Assembly (NCBI GenBank): GCA_030141605.1
Contig: JAQGDQ010001197.1
Coordinates: 38,072 to 56,045, forward strand
Source of the DNA: Tubiluchus corallicola
Lineage: Eukaryota; Animalia; Priapulida
Length of the DNA stretch: 17,974 nucleotides
Direction: 5' to 3'
Shown: positions 7,119 to 16,750 of the stretch, in pieces
Layout of the letters: every line of letters starts with the position of its first letter
Numbering within the stretch: the stretch's first letter is position 1
The notes under the pieces: generated by a model
What the model saw: the letters and a program-made list of their open reading frames with translations, nothing else
Told to the model about the DNA's origin: nothing
Database searches by the model: none
Translations under genes and position numbers: made by a program

Positions 7119-10100
7119 ATGTCACGCGTTTACGTGGAGAGTGAATTGCAGCAACTAACTGTACCTGTCTTAAAGCAGATAACTGTTGAACGTAGGCTAA
7201 CTTTACCACAGGGTACAAATAAGGCCGGAATAATTGATATAATCATGAATGCACAGGGTAACCCTGTGACGACAGGTGAACCTAGTGTTAGACCGAAAGA
7301 AGTTGGAGGTGTGTCAAGTACACCGAGTGTGTCTGTTGCGCAGATGAGTGGGCGCAGACGTGTGTCTGATCAACTGTTAGCAACTCCCCCTCCTGCCGAC
7401 CTTACCTTGCATTCTGCTATTAATAGTAAACCTGCGAATGATGAGATGACAGAACGTTCAGTACCCCTTTACAACATTGAAAAGTTAAAGTTAGTAGAGC
7501 GCGAGAAAGAGCGTGAATGGGAACGGGAACGAGAAGAAAGGCGTGAACGTATGCAACGTGAAGAGAGAGAATGGGAACGTGAGCGTGAGGAACGCAGAGA
7601 ACGAATGCAGAAAGAGCAGTATCAGTTTGAGTTGAAGCTTCGTGAGCTGGGTGCCTCATCTTCAGGTCACGTGACACAGGTTCCTTCTCAATCATCTGAT
7701 GGCATACTTACTACAACCGCATCTCGAATACCCCGTGTAAAGTTATCACGTGTTTTTACAGAGGGAACCGATGATCTGCATACTTTCTTACAGTGGTTTG
7801 AAGCAGTAGCCAAAGCTAATGGCCTTGAAGAGAAACACTTTGCTGCATCGCTGGGCCCAGCTTTATCCGGAAAAGCAGCCCAGGCTTTTCAACAAGTACC
7901 ACTTGACAGCATGCAAGATTACAATGTTGTAAAGAAGACTTTGTTAGCTGCCTATGTCCTCTCCAATGACATGTATCTTGAGCGTTTCCGCAAGATTACT
8001 CGGAGACCGGATGAAACATTCCGTCAACTTTTTGTACGGCTTGATCGTGCCCTGCAAGAATGGCTGAAAGCCGAAGAAGCGTCCACCTTTGAGAACGTTT
8101 CTGAACTGTTATGTATTGAGCAGGCCCTTACGTTGATGCCCCGTGAAATGAGCATTTGGGTCAGGCAGCAAGGGCAGAAGACAATGGAAAAGGTGGCAGA
8201 GAAAGCTGATTTGTACATTGCTTCTAATGCATTAGGTACAGCTTCAAAACTTAAACCAATGCAACAACAGCGTGGAAATTCCAGGCCGGCAGCTTTTTCA
8301 AATGGTTTTGGAAAAAAGATGAATAATGACGTCATGAAGAAGATACGCTGTTATACTTGTGGAGAACTTGGACACAAAAGGACCCAGTGCCCGAAACGCC
8401 CTAATTATGGTGAAACTAGTGGCAAGAGTAGAAATCCTAGTCGTCAATTCTTGGCCAAGACAGGAAATACTGGTCACCGATCCAGTCACTCTACCAGTTC
8501 ACCTGCGGCTATGCCTGAGTGTGTGCCTGAGTCTGATGAGTTTAGCTTTAAAGCTAAAATTAATGGTATCTGGATCGATGGTATAAGAGATTCTGGTGCT
8601 AGCGTGAGTTTGATCCAACCACGTTATGTCCGTCCAGAACAGTTTCTACAAAGTGAAAATTGTACCAAAATTTGGTGTGTGCATGGTGATGCTAAAAATA
8701 CACGTATAGCTGTCGTTGAGGTGGAATGTATGCTAGTTAATGGTAGATTGAGAGTGGCAGTGTCTGATAGTCTTCCTGTGCCCTTTTTGCTAGGTAATGA
8801 TTACCGAACTGCTGTGACACCATTTAACATTAAACAGAGTTTTAGTACACCACCTAGGTCAGTTGATTTAGAATGTATCACACCTGAAAATTCAGATACG
8901 TCACATTATTCTGATGAACTTGTGAGTGGAAATACAAAAGTCGCGAAACAAGCTGATAATTCGAAAAAAGCTTTTGCAGTAACCCGATCAAAAGCAAAGC
9001 AGCTACAAGCAGAAGCTAACAGTGAGAAAAAATTACTAAGTAGTTTAAACGCTGATCAAGAAGCGGAAAAAAATATTGCATCTGGCGTAGATACTAAAGC
9101 ACAGCAACAGCAGCTGTTACAGCTTAGTAAAGAACAATTGCAGCAAGAACAGCGCGATGATGTTAGTTTGCGCAATTTACGTGATCACGCAGTTACAGAA
9201 ACAGCAGCTCGAGCCCAAAGAAAGGGTTACTTCATTAAAGATGGGATTTTATATTACCTGACACGTGAAAAGCGCGATGCTGAACCCCGCGAACTTTTGG
9301 TTGTACCCAAGTCTAGACGTTTGGCAGTCTTATCTTTGGCACATGATGCGCACATGGCTGGTCACCTGGGCATACGAAAAACTACCCAACGTGTTTTACA
9401 AGAATGTATCTGGCCTAGAGTTAAACGTTCAGTGATACAATATTGCCGCTCGTGTGTCCCATGTCAGAAAACGGCGAGAATTAAACGTTCTGATAAAGCA
9501 AAATTAAAGCCATTGTCCATACCTTCGATTGCATTTCGAACTATAGCCATGGATATTATCGGGCCTATGAAGAGAACACCCTCGGGGAATAAGTACGCGT
9601 TAATAATAATAGATCATGCTACGAGGTACCCCGATTGCTACCCGCTGCCAAATATTGAAACCACTACTGTTGTTAAAGCTTTACTGCAATACATATGTCG
9701 ACATGGCATCCCGTGTGAGATTTTAACCGACAGAGGTACTCAATTCACATCACAGTTAATCCATGATTTAGAACAGGCCTTGGGTGTAAAGGGAATTTTC
9801 ACTTCCCCATACAACCCACAGGGGAATGGGTTAACTGAGAGATTTAATGGCTCATTAAAATCCTGCATTTTAAAAGTCATGCAAAATGAGAAACATTTAC
9901 CCTGGGATGAAACTATTCCGTTTATTTTATTTGCTTTCCGGGAAGTACCCCAAGAATCCACTGGGTATGCTCCATTTCAGCTAGTTTACGGTTTTCCCGT
10001 GCGTGGGCCTTTGGCTGCCCTAAAAGAACGTTGGGGCTCTGTAGAAGCTCCTAAGTGGGAGGAAATTGATGATTACGTGACTCGCATAATTAACACTGTA

Positions 10101-11252
10101 GAAGAGGCAACTACTGATGCCCATGAAGCTTTGCAAAAAGCTAAAATATCACAGAAAAATTGGTATGATAAAACCACTTCAGAACGCTCGCTTGAAATAG
10201 GGCAAAAAGTTCTTGTTTTAATGCCTGAAGGAAAAAGCAAAATGCAAAAGCGCTATCGTGGCCCCTTTACAGTTGTTGATAAATTGTCTGATTGGACATA
10301 TAAAATACATTTAGAAGGCAAAAGTGCACGCAAACGTGATACAAGAACATATCATATCAACATGTTGAAACCATTTGTTGAAAGCGACGAGCACATGGTT
10401 TTGTTTGCAAAGTGTGAGGAATTTAGTACAACGTCACTAGACAGTGTTTTGTCTGAAGTTGGTAATGGTGATGTGAAGGTGGATGAGCAGGAGGAAAATG
10501 AGTGTTCATTGAAACTTCCTGAATATGCATTCCCGCCTTCTGCCTCACCCACGCAGTCCCTCAATGATGTAGCATATGACTCTCATCTCAATGATGAACA
10601 GATTAGTCAGTTGGCAGCAGTACTTGCAGAATTTTCAGAGATGTTCACTAATCTTCCCGGGTGCACTGAATTAGTCCAACATCGTATTACTCTAACAAAT
10701 CCTACGCCAGTTGTAGGACATGTCGAAACGATGTTTAGTCCTATTGCGGTACCCTTGTATGCACTGCTTGAGAAAAATGCACCTGTACACGTTGACTGGA
10801 ATGAAGAGTGTGAACGCAGCTTTATAGAACTGCGCACTGCACTGAACTCAGACACGGTGCTTCACTCACCTGATTTTTCGCAGAAATTTGTTCTAACAAC
10901 TGATGCTTCATTTAGTGGTATTGGTGGAGTGCTGACACAAGTACAGAGTGAGTTAGGTGAGGTGCCAATTACACATGTGAGCAGAAAGTTAACTACGTGT
11001 GAACGAAATTATAGTGTTGTGGAAATTGAGTTGTTGGCAGTAGTGTATTCTGTAACTAAGTTACGTTACTACTTAGAAGGTCATGAGTTCATAGTACGAA
11101 CTGACCAACGTAGTTTGCTAGCACTTCCACGCATGAAGAGAAATAATCGCCGCCTTTGTACATGGGCGCTTATTTTGCAAGAATTCCACTTTACTGTAGA
11201 GAATATTGCTGGAAAAGATAATATTGTAGCAGATTCTCTTTCACGTCTATGA
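7119..11252 (+). CDS. gag-pol: Gag-Pol polyprotein, 1377 aa: HeH/SAP-like N-terminus, E/R coiled coil, capsid with SCAN-like domain, CCHC knuckle, aspartic protease, integrase, RT remnants, RNase H
   Basis: CYTCGELGHKRTQC at 8349-8390. Protease DSG at 8589-8597. Integrase HHCC at 9342-9464, D (9552), D (9729), 35 residues, E (9837), and GPF at 10260. RT N-terminal PGCTELVQHRI is joined to the thumb motif FSPIAVPL. RNase H has TDAS (D at 10902), EIELLAV, RTDQ and ADSLSR. No YxDD. Confidence 0.96.
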   Translation: MSRVYVESELQQLTVPVLKQITVERRLTLPQGTNKAGIIDIIMNAQGNPVTTGEPSVRPKEVGGVSSTPSVSVAQMSGRRRVSDQLLATPPPADLTLHSAINSKPANDEMTERSVPLYNIEKLKLVEREKEREWEREREERRERMQREEREWEREREERRERMQKEQYQFELKLRELGASSSGHVTQVPSQSSDGILTTTASRIPRVKLSRVFTEGTDDLHTFLQWFEAVAKANGLEEKHFAASLGPALSGKAAQAFQQVPLDSMQDYNVVKKTLLAAYVLSNDMYLERFRKITRRPDETFRQLFVRLDRALQEWLKAEEASTFENVSELLCIEQALTLMPREMSIWVRQQGQKTMEKVAEKADLYIASNALGTASKLKPMQQQRGNSRPAAFSNGFGKKMNNDVMKKIRCYTCGELGHKRTQCPKRPNYGETSGKSRNPSRQFLAKTGNTGHRSSHSTSSPAAMPECVPESDEFSFKAKINGIWIDGIRDSGASVSLIQPRYVRPEQFLQSENCTKIWCVHGDAKNTRIAVVEVECMLVNGRLRVAVSDSLPVPFLLGNDYRTAVTPFNIKQSFSTPPRSVDLECITPENSDTSHYSDELVSGNTKVAKQADNSKKAFAVTRSKAKQLQAEANSEKKLLSSLNADQEAEKNIASGVDTKAQQQQLLQLSKEQLQQEQRDDVSLRNLRDHAVTETAARAQRKGYFIKDGILYYLTREKRDAEPRELLVVPKSRRLAVLSLAHDAHMAGHLGIRKTTQRVLQECIWPRVKRSVIQYCRSCVPCQKTARIKRSDKAKLKPLSIPSIAFRTIAMDIIGPMKRTPSGNKYALIIIDHATRYPDCYPLPNIETTTVVKALLQYICRHGIPCEILTDRGTQFTSQLIHDLEQALGVKGIFTSPYNPQGNGLTERFNGSLKSCILKVMQNEKHLPWDETIPFILFAFREVPQESTGYAPFQLVYGFPVRGPLAALKERWGSVEAPKWEEIDDYVTRIINTVEEATTDAHEALQKAKISQKNWYDKTTSERSLEIGQKVLVLMPEGKSKMQKRYRGPFTVVDKLSDWTYKIHLEGKSARKRDTRTYHINMLKPFVESDEHMVLFAKCEEFSTTSLDSVLSEVGNGDVKVDEQEENECSLKLPEYAFPPSASPTQSLNDVAYDSHLNDEQISQLAAVLAEFSEMFTNLPGCTELVQHRITLTNPTPVVGHVETMFSPIAVPLYALLEKNAPVHVDWNEECERSFIELRTALNSDTVLHSPDFSQKFVLTTDASFSGIGGVLTQVQSELGEVPITHVSRKLTTCERNYSVVEIELLAVVYSVTKLRYYLEGHEFIVRTDQRSLLALPRMKRNNRRLCTWALILQEFHFTVENIAGKDNIVADSLSRL

Positions 11253-11838
11253 ATGGGTAATTCCAACCACTAAAGCCCAAGTTAGGTGATTAAAGATCAC
11301 CTCTGACCAGTTTGAAACATTTTCTTTTACATTATATGAAGCTAATTCATTAGAAATGAATTACAAATAATAAAATTTTGTTGCAAAATTAGTTTAATAT
11401 ATTCGCAATGCCATCTATGAGTGGTAATAGAAAACATGGGCCGTGGTGTGTTGTTGTATTGTATTATTTTAATCTTGTTAGGCTGATAAATAGTAAAAGT
11501 ATTTCTCCTTTGTTTAAGACAAAACAGTGTTTTATTTTTAGTTTATTCATTTATGTTGAAACCAAGATTTGAACCTTGCGTTGTATGCTTAAGAGTAAAT
11601 AAATACTGTCTTACCTAATATGTAATTATTTCATGAGCGAAGGAATTCACAAAGATTTGTTGATGAAGACTGTGATTGAGTATTGCATTTTTTGTCATTG
11701 ACATTAGTTATTTTTGTTCTATTATTGTGATGAATATGTATCATGATTTTTTGTGTAACTAGTTTATTGCCCTGACCTATTGTGTTAAAAGTCTTGATAT
11801 CACATTTTAGTAAAAAAATTTGATGGATCAAGCTTTTG

Positions 11839-11853
11839 TAACGGAGGATGCTA
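11839..11853 (+). promoter_or_regulatory. Weak polypurine tract candidate
   Basis: AACGGAGGA lies just before the 3' LTR. It is short and imperfect, and is called mainly on position. Confidence 0.4.
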
Positions 11854-12852
11854 TGTGACGCTCAGGCTTATTTTAGGCCAGGTTATGTAACTAGTTCCTA
11901 CTGTTATAATTCCACCATTAATTATTGTCACTCTTTATAAAAGAAGTTTAGTTAAACTGTTTAATGATATAAGGCTAGAAGCCAACTTGTTCTGAAATCA
12001 GATTTCACCTGTACATTCAATGATACTGTTTATGCATTACTACTATATCATGTGACTGAAGCCACGTAGACGAAATTTTGGCTGTTCAGTTCGCCCAGGT
12101 ATTCCGCTTTAAGTTGGCGAGTTAAGCGGACGTTCTCATGTCATGAAATGATGGTTTAGTAGTAATAGTGCTTGCTTGTAGAAAAGCGATCTGTCTACCT
12201 GGTTACGACAGAGACGATAGTTGCATTCTAGCGATGATACTTACCTATTGCTGATTATATTTTCCTGACGCTGATGATACATCACTTACCAGTTGTCGAT
12301 GATATCTGCTGCTGATGATACTTACTCGTATTTACCTGACGTTGATGATACTGTCGTTGGTGCGGGATGCTGTGATTACAAAATTGGTAATCCTTACCTT
12401 GCGACGAGTGCAGGAGCTTGGATGCTACCCCATTTTGGCGTCGTATTAGTGGAGGCGTGTACATCAGGAGTCGTCAAAGTTTGGAGACGTCGTTCACGTA
12501 ATCAGATCCATGAAGAGGTCGTGTAGTCAACCGTTCTATGGTGCACCATTCCTCGATCAAGCCCCTGGTGAGGAGATGACGCGGAATGGGAGCAGGAGAA
12601 TGGTCGCTTGATGATGCCAAGACTGCACTGGTGAAAAGCATTACGTTGTTCTTTCTCTTCTTAGCCGGCTTAATCTTTATTATTAACATTTGTCTTGTAA
12701 TGTATTTTGGGATATTAATTAAATTGTATTATTTTATTAATTCAGTGGTTTCTTCTCAGTGTTTTCGACTAAGTACTTTATTCTTTACCTAAGGGTTACA
12801 CTTAAGTCACGAACCACATATTTACAATAACGGAACTTAGACTACATCGTCA

Positions 12853-12854
<2 letters not shown>
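11854..12854 (+). repeat. 3' LTR (1001 bp)
   Basis: Matches the 5' LTR; carries an extra 20 nt ATCAGATCCATGAAGAGGTC at 12501-12520. Confidence 0.97.

Positions 12855-12937
<83 letters not shown>
12855..12937. repeat. (TTA)~27 microsatellite, right flank of the LTR element
   Basis: Read directly from the sequence. Confidence 0.99.
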
Positions 12938-13680
12938 GGCCTTGAATAAGATTACAACGTTACTGTGAAATAATACTAAGGGTAATGTGGGGCAACAACT
13001 CCTTTAATTTTTTGCTACTGTCCGGTCATTATTTTGTTGTGTAGACTTGCAATTTTCCCAAAAATGTTATTTATGTACTGTTAATGAACAAGATATTATC
13101 TTTGCTAACTACTTTGTTCCGATTTAGTGTTAAAAATTGTTAAATTTACTGAAACGGACTTTTCGCCACTAATACAATTTTGTATAATGTAAGACATGTA
13201 TGTCAAAAATGTGACATACAATTCCAATTAAGTAGAAGACGAAATTCACTTTTTGTTTTATTTCTCCTCCTGCAACCGGTTAAGACAATTTTTTATTCTG
13301 ATATAATAAGCATCAATAGCAATTTCATTAACTTGAACGACAGCAAAAAGCTAAAATTCGTGATGGGGGGGGGGCGATATAACCAAAATAGTCGCTGACT
13401 ACATTTTTAAGCGTTTAAAAAAGGAGTAAATAGTACTAAAATGTAAACATTGATAACATTATTTATTATTTTTTCATCATCCGCAACTGTATCTACACTA
13501 AAATTATATAAATATGTTATTTGTTATGTGTTTATTTTAGACTTTGGAGCTATAACGTAATCGCTCTGTTTTGTACATTTGTATATTCTTGTTGCTTCGT
13601 TGTATGTTCTGTATGTCAGTGTATCATAATGTAAATGCCAATAATAAATTTTTCCATAAAATGCCATACATTTTTTCTAA

Positions 13681-13756
13681 CATCTCATCATCATCGTCGT
13701 CGTTGTCGTCGTCGTCATCATCATCATCATCATCATCATCATCTCATCATCACCAT
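13681..13756. repeat. (TCA)n/(TCG)n trinucleotide microsatellite
   Basis: Read directly from the sequence. Confidence 0.95.
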
Positions 13757-14082
13757 CTGCACCAATTACGTTTATCGTACACTTTTGGAGACAGAATTTT
13801 AAAATAACAGATAACACGTAAACACTGGAGTAACCCAGCAAAAAGCTAGACACTGCTACCCTTATCAGTACAAGTTTCTTCCAGTTTTTTGACATTTAGC
13901 ATATGTCTGATGCCTTTGCTGTTTTGTTTCCGCTTCGTGGTTTCCAACTTGCTCAATGCAAAACTCGCTTTATCATTGTCCTGTTGTAACTCGAGTTGAT
14001 TTTACTGTAAAACTAATCAAGGTTCCATACAAACAATTTTTGAAGTATTTTCAGATCGATATGCCATTTTACTTCAATAAAT

Positions 14083-14088
14083 ACACAG

Positions 14089-14141
<53 letters not shown>
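14083..14141. repeat. (CA)n(TA)n microsatellite
   Basis: Read directly from the sequence. Confidence 0.97.
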
Positions 14142-14142
<1 letters not shown>

Positions 14143-14290
14143 CGCTGTGAAACATATACTACGTTAGTAACAACCCAACAGTTACAAGTTATATTGAATA
14201 ATTTAAACTAAAGACAAAGCATCAAACTTTGATGTATAAACCCAATTGTATAACATAAAAATGTAAACGCAAATTTAAGGTAGTTACATT

Positions 14291-14472
<182 letters not shown>

Positions 14473-14784
14473 GTTCGTTTTCTAAGTTTATAATAATTAC
14501 TTGTTGGAACTGAAACATAGCTAAAACAAAATTGGAAGCAATTTCAAAATCGTTTGAGCCTAATAACAATTTTAGTTTACATCATAGTAAAGTATAAAGG
14601 GTGTTCTTAGCTGTTGATATCTATTACAAAGCAAGAGCATGTATGTACAGTTTTATTTAAAGAAAGAAATCCCACAATCCTCTGGACATGTAACAGAATC
14701 CATGCGCCCATAATGCAGTAAAGACTCTGGCAGAAAGTTATATTGGTCGTCGTCTAGGTGCTTCTACGTTCTAAAACATGGTAC

Positions 14785-15165
14785 GTCTCACCTGTTGCTG
14801 GCACCCATTCTTGTCCATCGCCACTGCCCACGATGCGAAATCTTCTTGCAGTATACTTATATACATCAGTGTCTGACCCCTTTTCGGGTTTTTTTTTGTA
14901 GTTTCAAGAGTTTTACGCATTGCCGGAAGAAGAAGAGACTTTTAGGTAGTCTTAGAGCGTGCGCAATCCAATGTAAATTTCTTACTTGTTTACTCCAAGG
15001 ATTCTTCTTTACCACATCACACAGATCATGATTGGATATTCAGTGAGGCCATTTAGTATCTAAAAATTTTCTGTAGAGAAGTATTTGAAAAGCGTCAATT
15101 TCCTTTAGTTGTTTGACTTTTATTGTCCATACTTCAGCATTGCTATCTGACGAAACAATAGTTGT
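14785..15165 (-). mobile_element. Decayed RTE-clade LINE 3' coding fragment
   Basis: Manual translation gives NAEVWTIKVKQLKEIDAFQILLYRKFLDTKWPH*ISNHDLCDVVKKNPWSKQVRNLHWIAHALRLP, a frameshift near 14930, then KRGQTLMYISILQEDF..AMDKNG. This follows the RTE post-RT pattern (ETWT..IDAF..LRKIL..W..ISN..L.W.GH.LR). Stop at 15040-15042. Confidence 0.75.
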
Positions 15166-15371
15166 TATTGTCAGCTACTTAAGCACCATAGCAACACGTT
15201 TATACAAACCTGAAGCTAAAAGACGAGGGTAGTTGGTGTGAGAAACAAGGCACTGAATTATCGGAATTGAAGTGGCTTTGACGAGAACTACACAAATCAT
15301 CGTAAAGCATTTAAAAGCAAATTAGTGTTTATGGTAAGTTACCATAAGCGTAGTTTTACCGCAGACATTAA

Positions 15372-15800
15372 ATATATATATATATATATAATAATCTTTA
15401 TTTGCCATTAAAAACATTGATAATCACTGATAAAAACTTTATAGAGATAATCAATCAGTGTTAGTTAATAAAAACTTACACTGCTGAAGGCAAATGCGTC
15501 AGTGCAATCTAAACTACTGTGCAGTAATGACGAATAAAATCAAACATATTTACAACCATATACAAAAAAAATAAAATAAAAAAAACAAAAAAAACTATGA
15601 TTTAATTAATATGGCCGTGGGTATATGAATTCTGAATTAGTGTGTATGTTGTCGTACTGGTGTGATGGCATTTCATATCTGGTTAATATTAGTGATTTTA
15701 ATTTTGTTTTAAATGCTGATAGGGACTTGATTTGTTTAACCTGTAATGGTAGAGAATTCCAAAGTAAAATTGCTTGTTTGATTACAGAGTTCGTTCCATA
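15372..15800 (-). mobile_element. 5'-truncated CR1/L2-group LINE 3' end
   Basis: 15800-15606 translates YGTNSVIKQAILLWNSLPLQVKQIKSLSAFKTKLKSLILTRY...*, containing the WNSLP..SL..FK.KLK ORF2 C-terminal motif. It is followed by a 3'UTR, AATAAA (minus, 15397-15402) and a (TA)n tail at 15372-15390. Confidence 0.85.
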
Positions 15801-16550
15801 TTATTATTACATTATTATTATATGTTTTAATGCATTATACTCTGTATGGCTTCTACCATAAAATATGTTAAAAGCAGTATTTTCTTGAAACCGACGACAA
15901 TATTTGACTTTGTAATCTACTTGGATCCGTGGGAAACAGACACTCTTTACAGAAATGTGCAAAAAGTCATTACATTACATTACTATATTGAGCTATATCC
16001 AAAAAAGTGAATTAAAACGTCATTATAATACTAATACAAACGTTGTTTCATTTAACACAGCTACCTAAAACACAATTGAATAACTTAAACCAGGCTTGAG
16101 TAAGTCTACTGGAAGACTTCACTATATATTTTTGTTTTACCGTTTTTCCTACAATGTGATCATTTTAGTGAAATGATTTTTTATAAAACGTATTGTTGGA
16201 ACGCGGTGAGTGTGTGATTTATGATCCATTTATGATTTATAATCCTTCAAACTTTAGTCAGGAGTGGGGGTTCTCATGGAGATATGTGTTTTCTGTCGGT
16301 AACTTAAAGACGCTTTCAGTACCTCGTACGTCATTCTCGCTCACTCGCGCCAAAGATGCGAAACATGGCGATCTTCACGGCGAAGCACGCGTTTGAAATT
16401 CGGCAGAAGAATGTAAGCTATTTAATTTATCAGTTACTTTTATCAAAAAGTAATTATAAATTCTTTGTGTAATCATAATAATACGTTGGAAAATCTCAGT
16501 GTCTGTTGGGGTGATTTTGTTGAGATCGCTGGCATCTATTAGAATTAAAT

Positions 16551-16611
16551 AGAACATTGTACAATGTTCTGGAAAGGAACTTCTAGAAGCTTCTCGGGCA
16601 CGCTATATAAG
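16551..16611 (+). promoter_or_regulatory. Heat-shock element array plus TATA box
   Basis: Perfect 3-unit HSE cTTCt-aGAAg-cTTCt at 16580-16594. Phased imperfect array aGAAc-aTTGt-aCAAt-gTTCt-gGAAa at 16551-16575, whose first 20 bp are a perfect palindrome. TATATAAG at 16604-16611 in a locally CpG-rich context. Confidence 0.7.
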
Positions 16612-16750
16612 GCGAAGCAGGCCGCTGAGACGGGAGCACACAGGTTCACACAGACGCCACTTACACATTCTCTTGTATACTTGCATTTTCAGATACACTC
16701 AAACGTTTTTCAGATTTCCACGTTTAGTGTAATCATTTCGCGTTCCTTCA

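Larger units (their letters stand above)
5578..12854 (+). mobile_element. Gypsy-superfamily, Gmr1-like LTR retrotransposon lacking the RT core (non-autonomous)
   Basis: Two ~1-kb LTRs with TGTGACG...CGTCACA termini, tRNA-Leu PBS, gag-PR-IN-(deleted RT)-RH ORF, and TTATT target-site duplication (5573-5577 and 12855-12859). Confidence 0.97.

Noticed and set aside
7420-11266. Antisense and alternate-frame ORFs within gag-pol
   Set aside because: Shadow frames with no recognisable motifs.
11253-11853. env-like gene after pol
   Set aside because: Only 600 nt, AT-rich, with no substantial plus-strand ORF.
12980-13390. GGGTAATGTGGGGCAAC as a DNA-transposon terminus
   Set aside because: No matching inverted copy found in the window.
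14786-14794. Minus-strand splice donor CAG|GTGAG suggesting a host exon
   Set aside because: The upstream sequence is a decayed RTE LINE with a stop and a frameshift.
16365-16412. First coding exon MAIFTAKHAFEIRQKN followed by GTAAGC
   Set aside because: No recognisable protein and no convincing downstream exon; the frame after the acceptor at 16692 stops within 30 codons.
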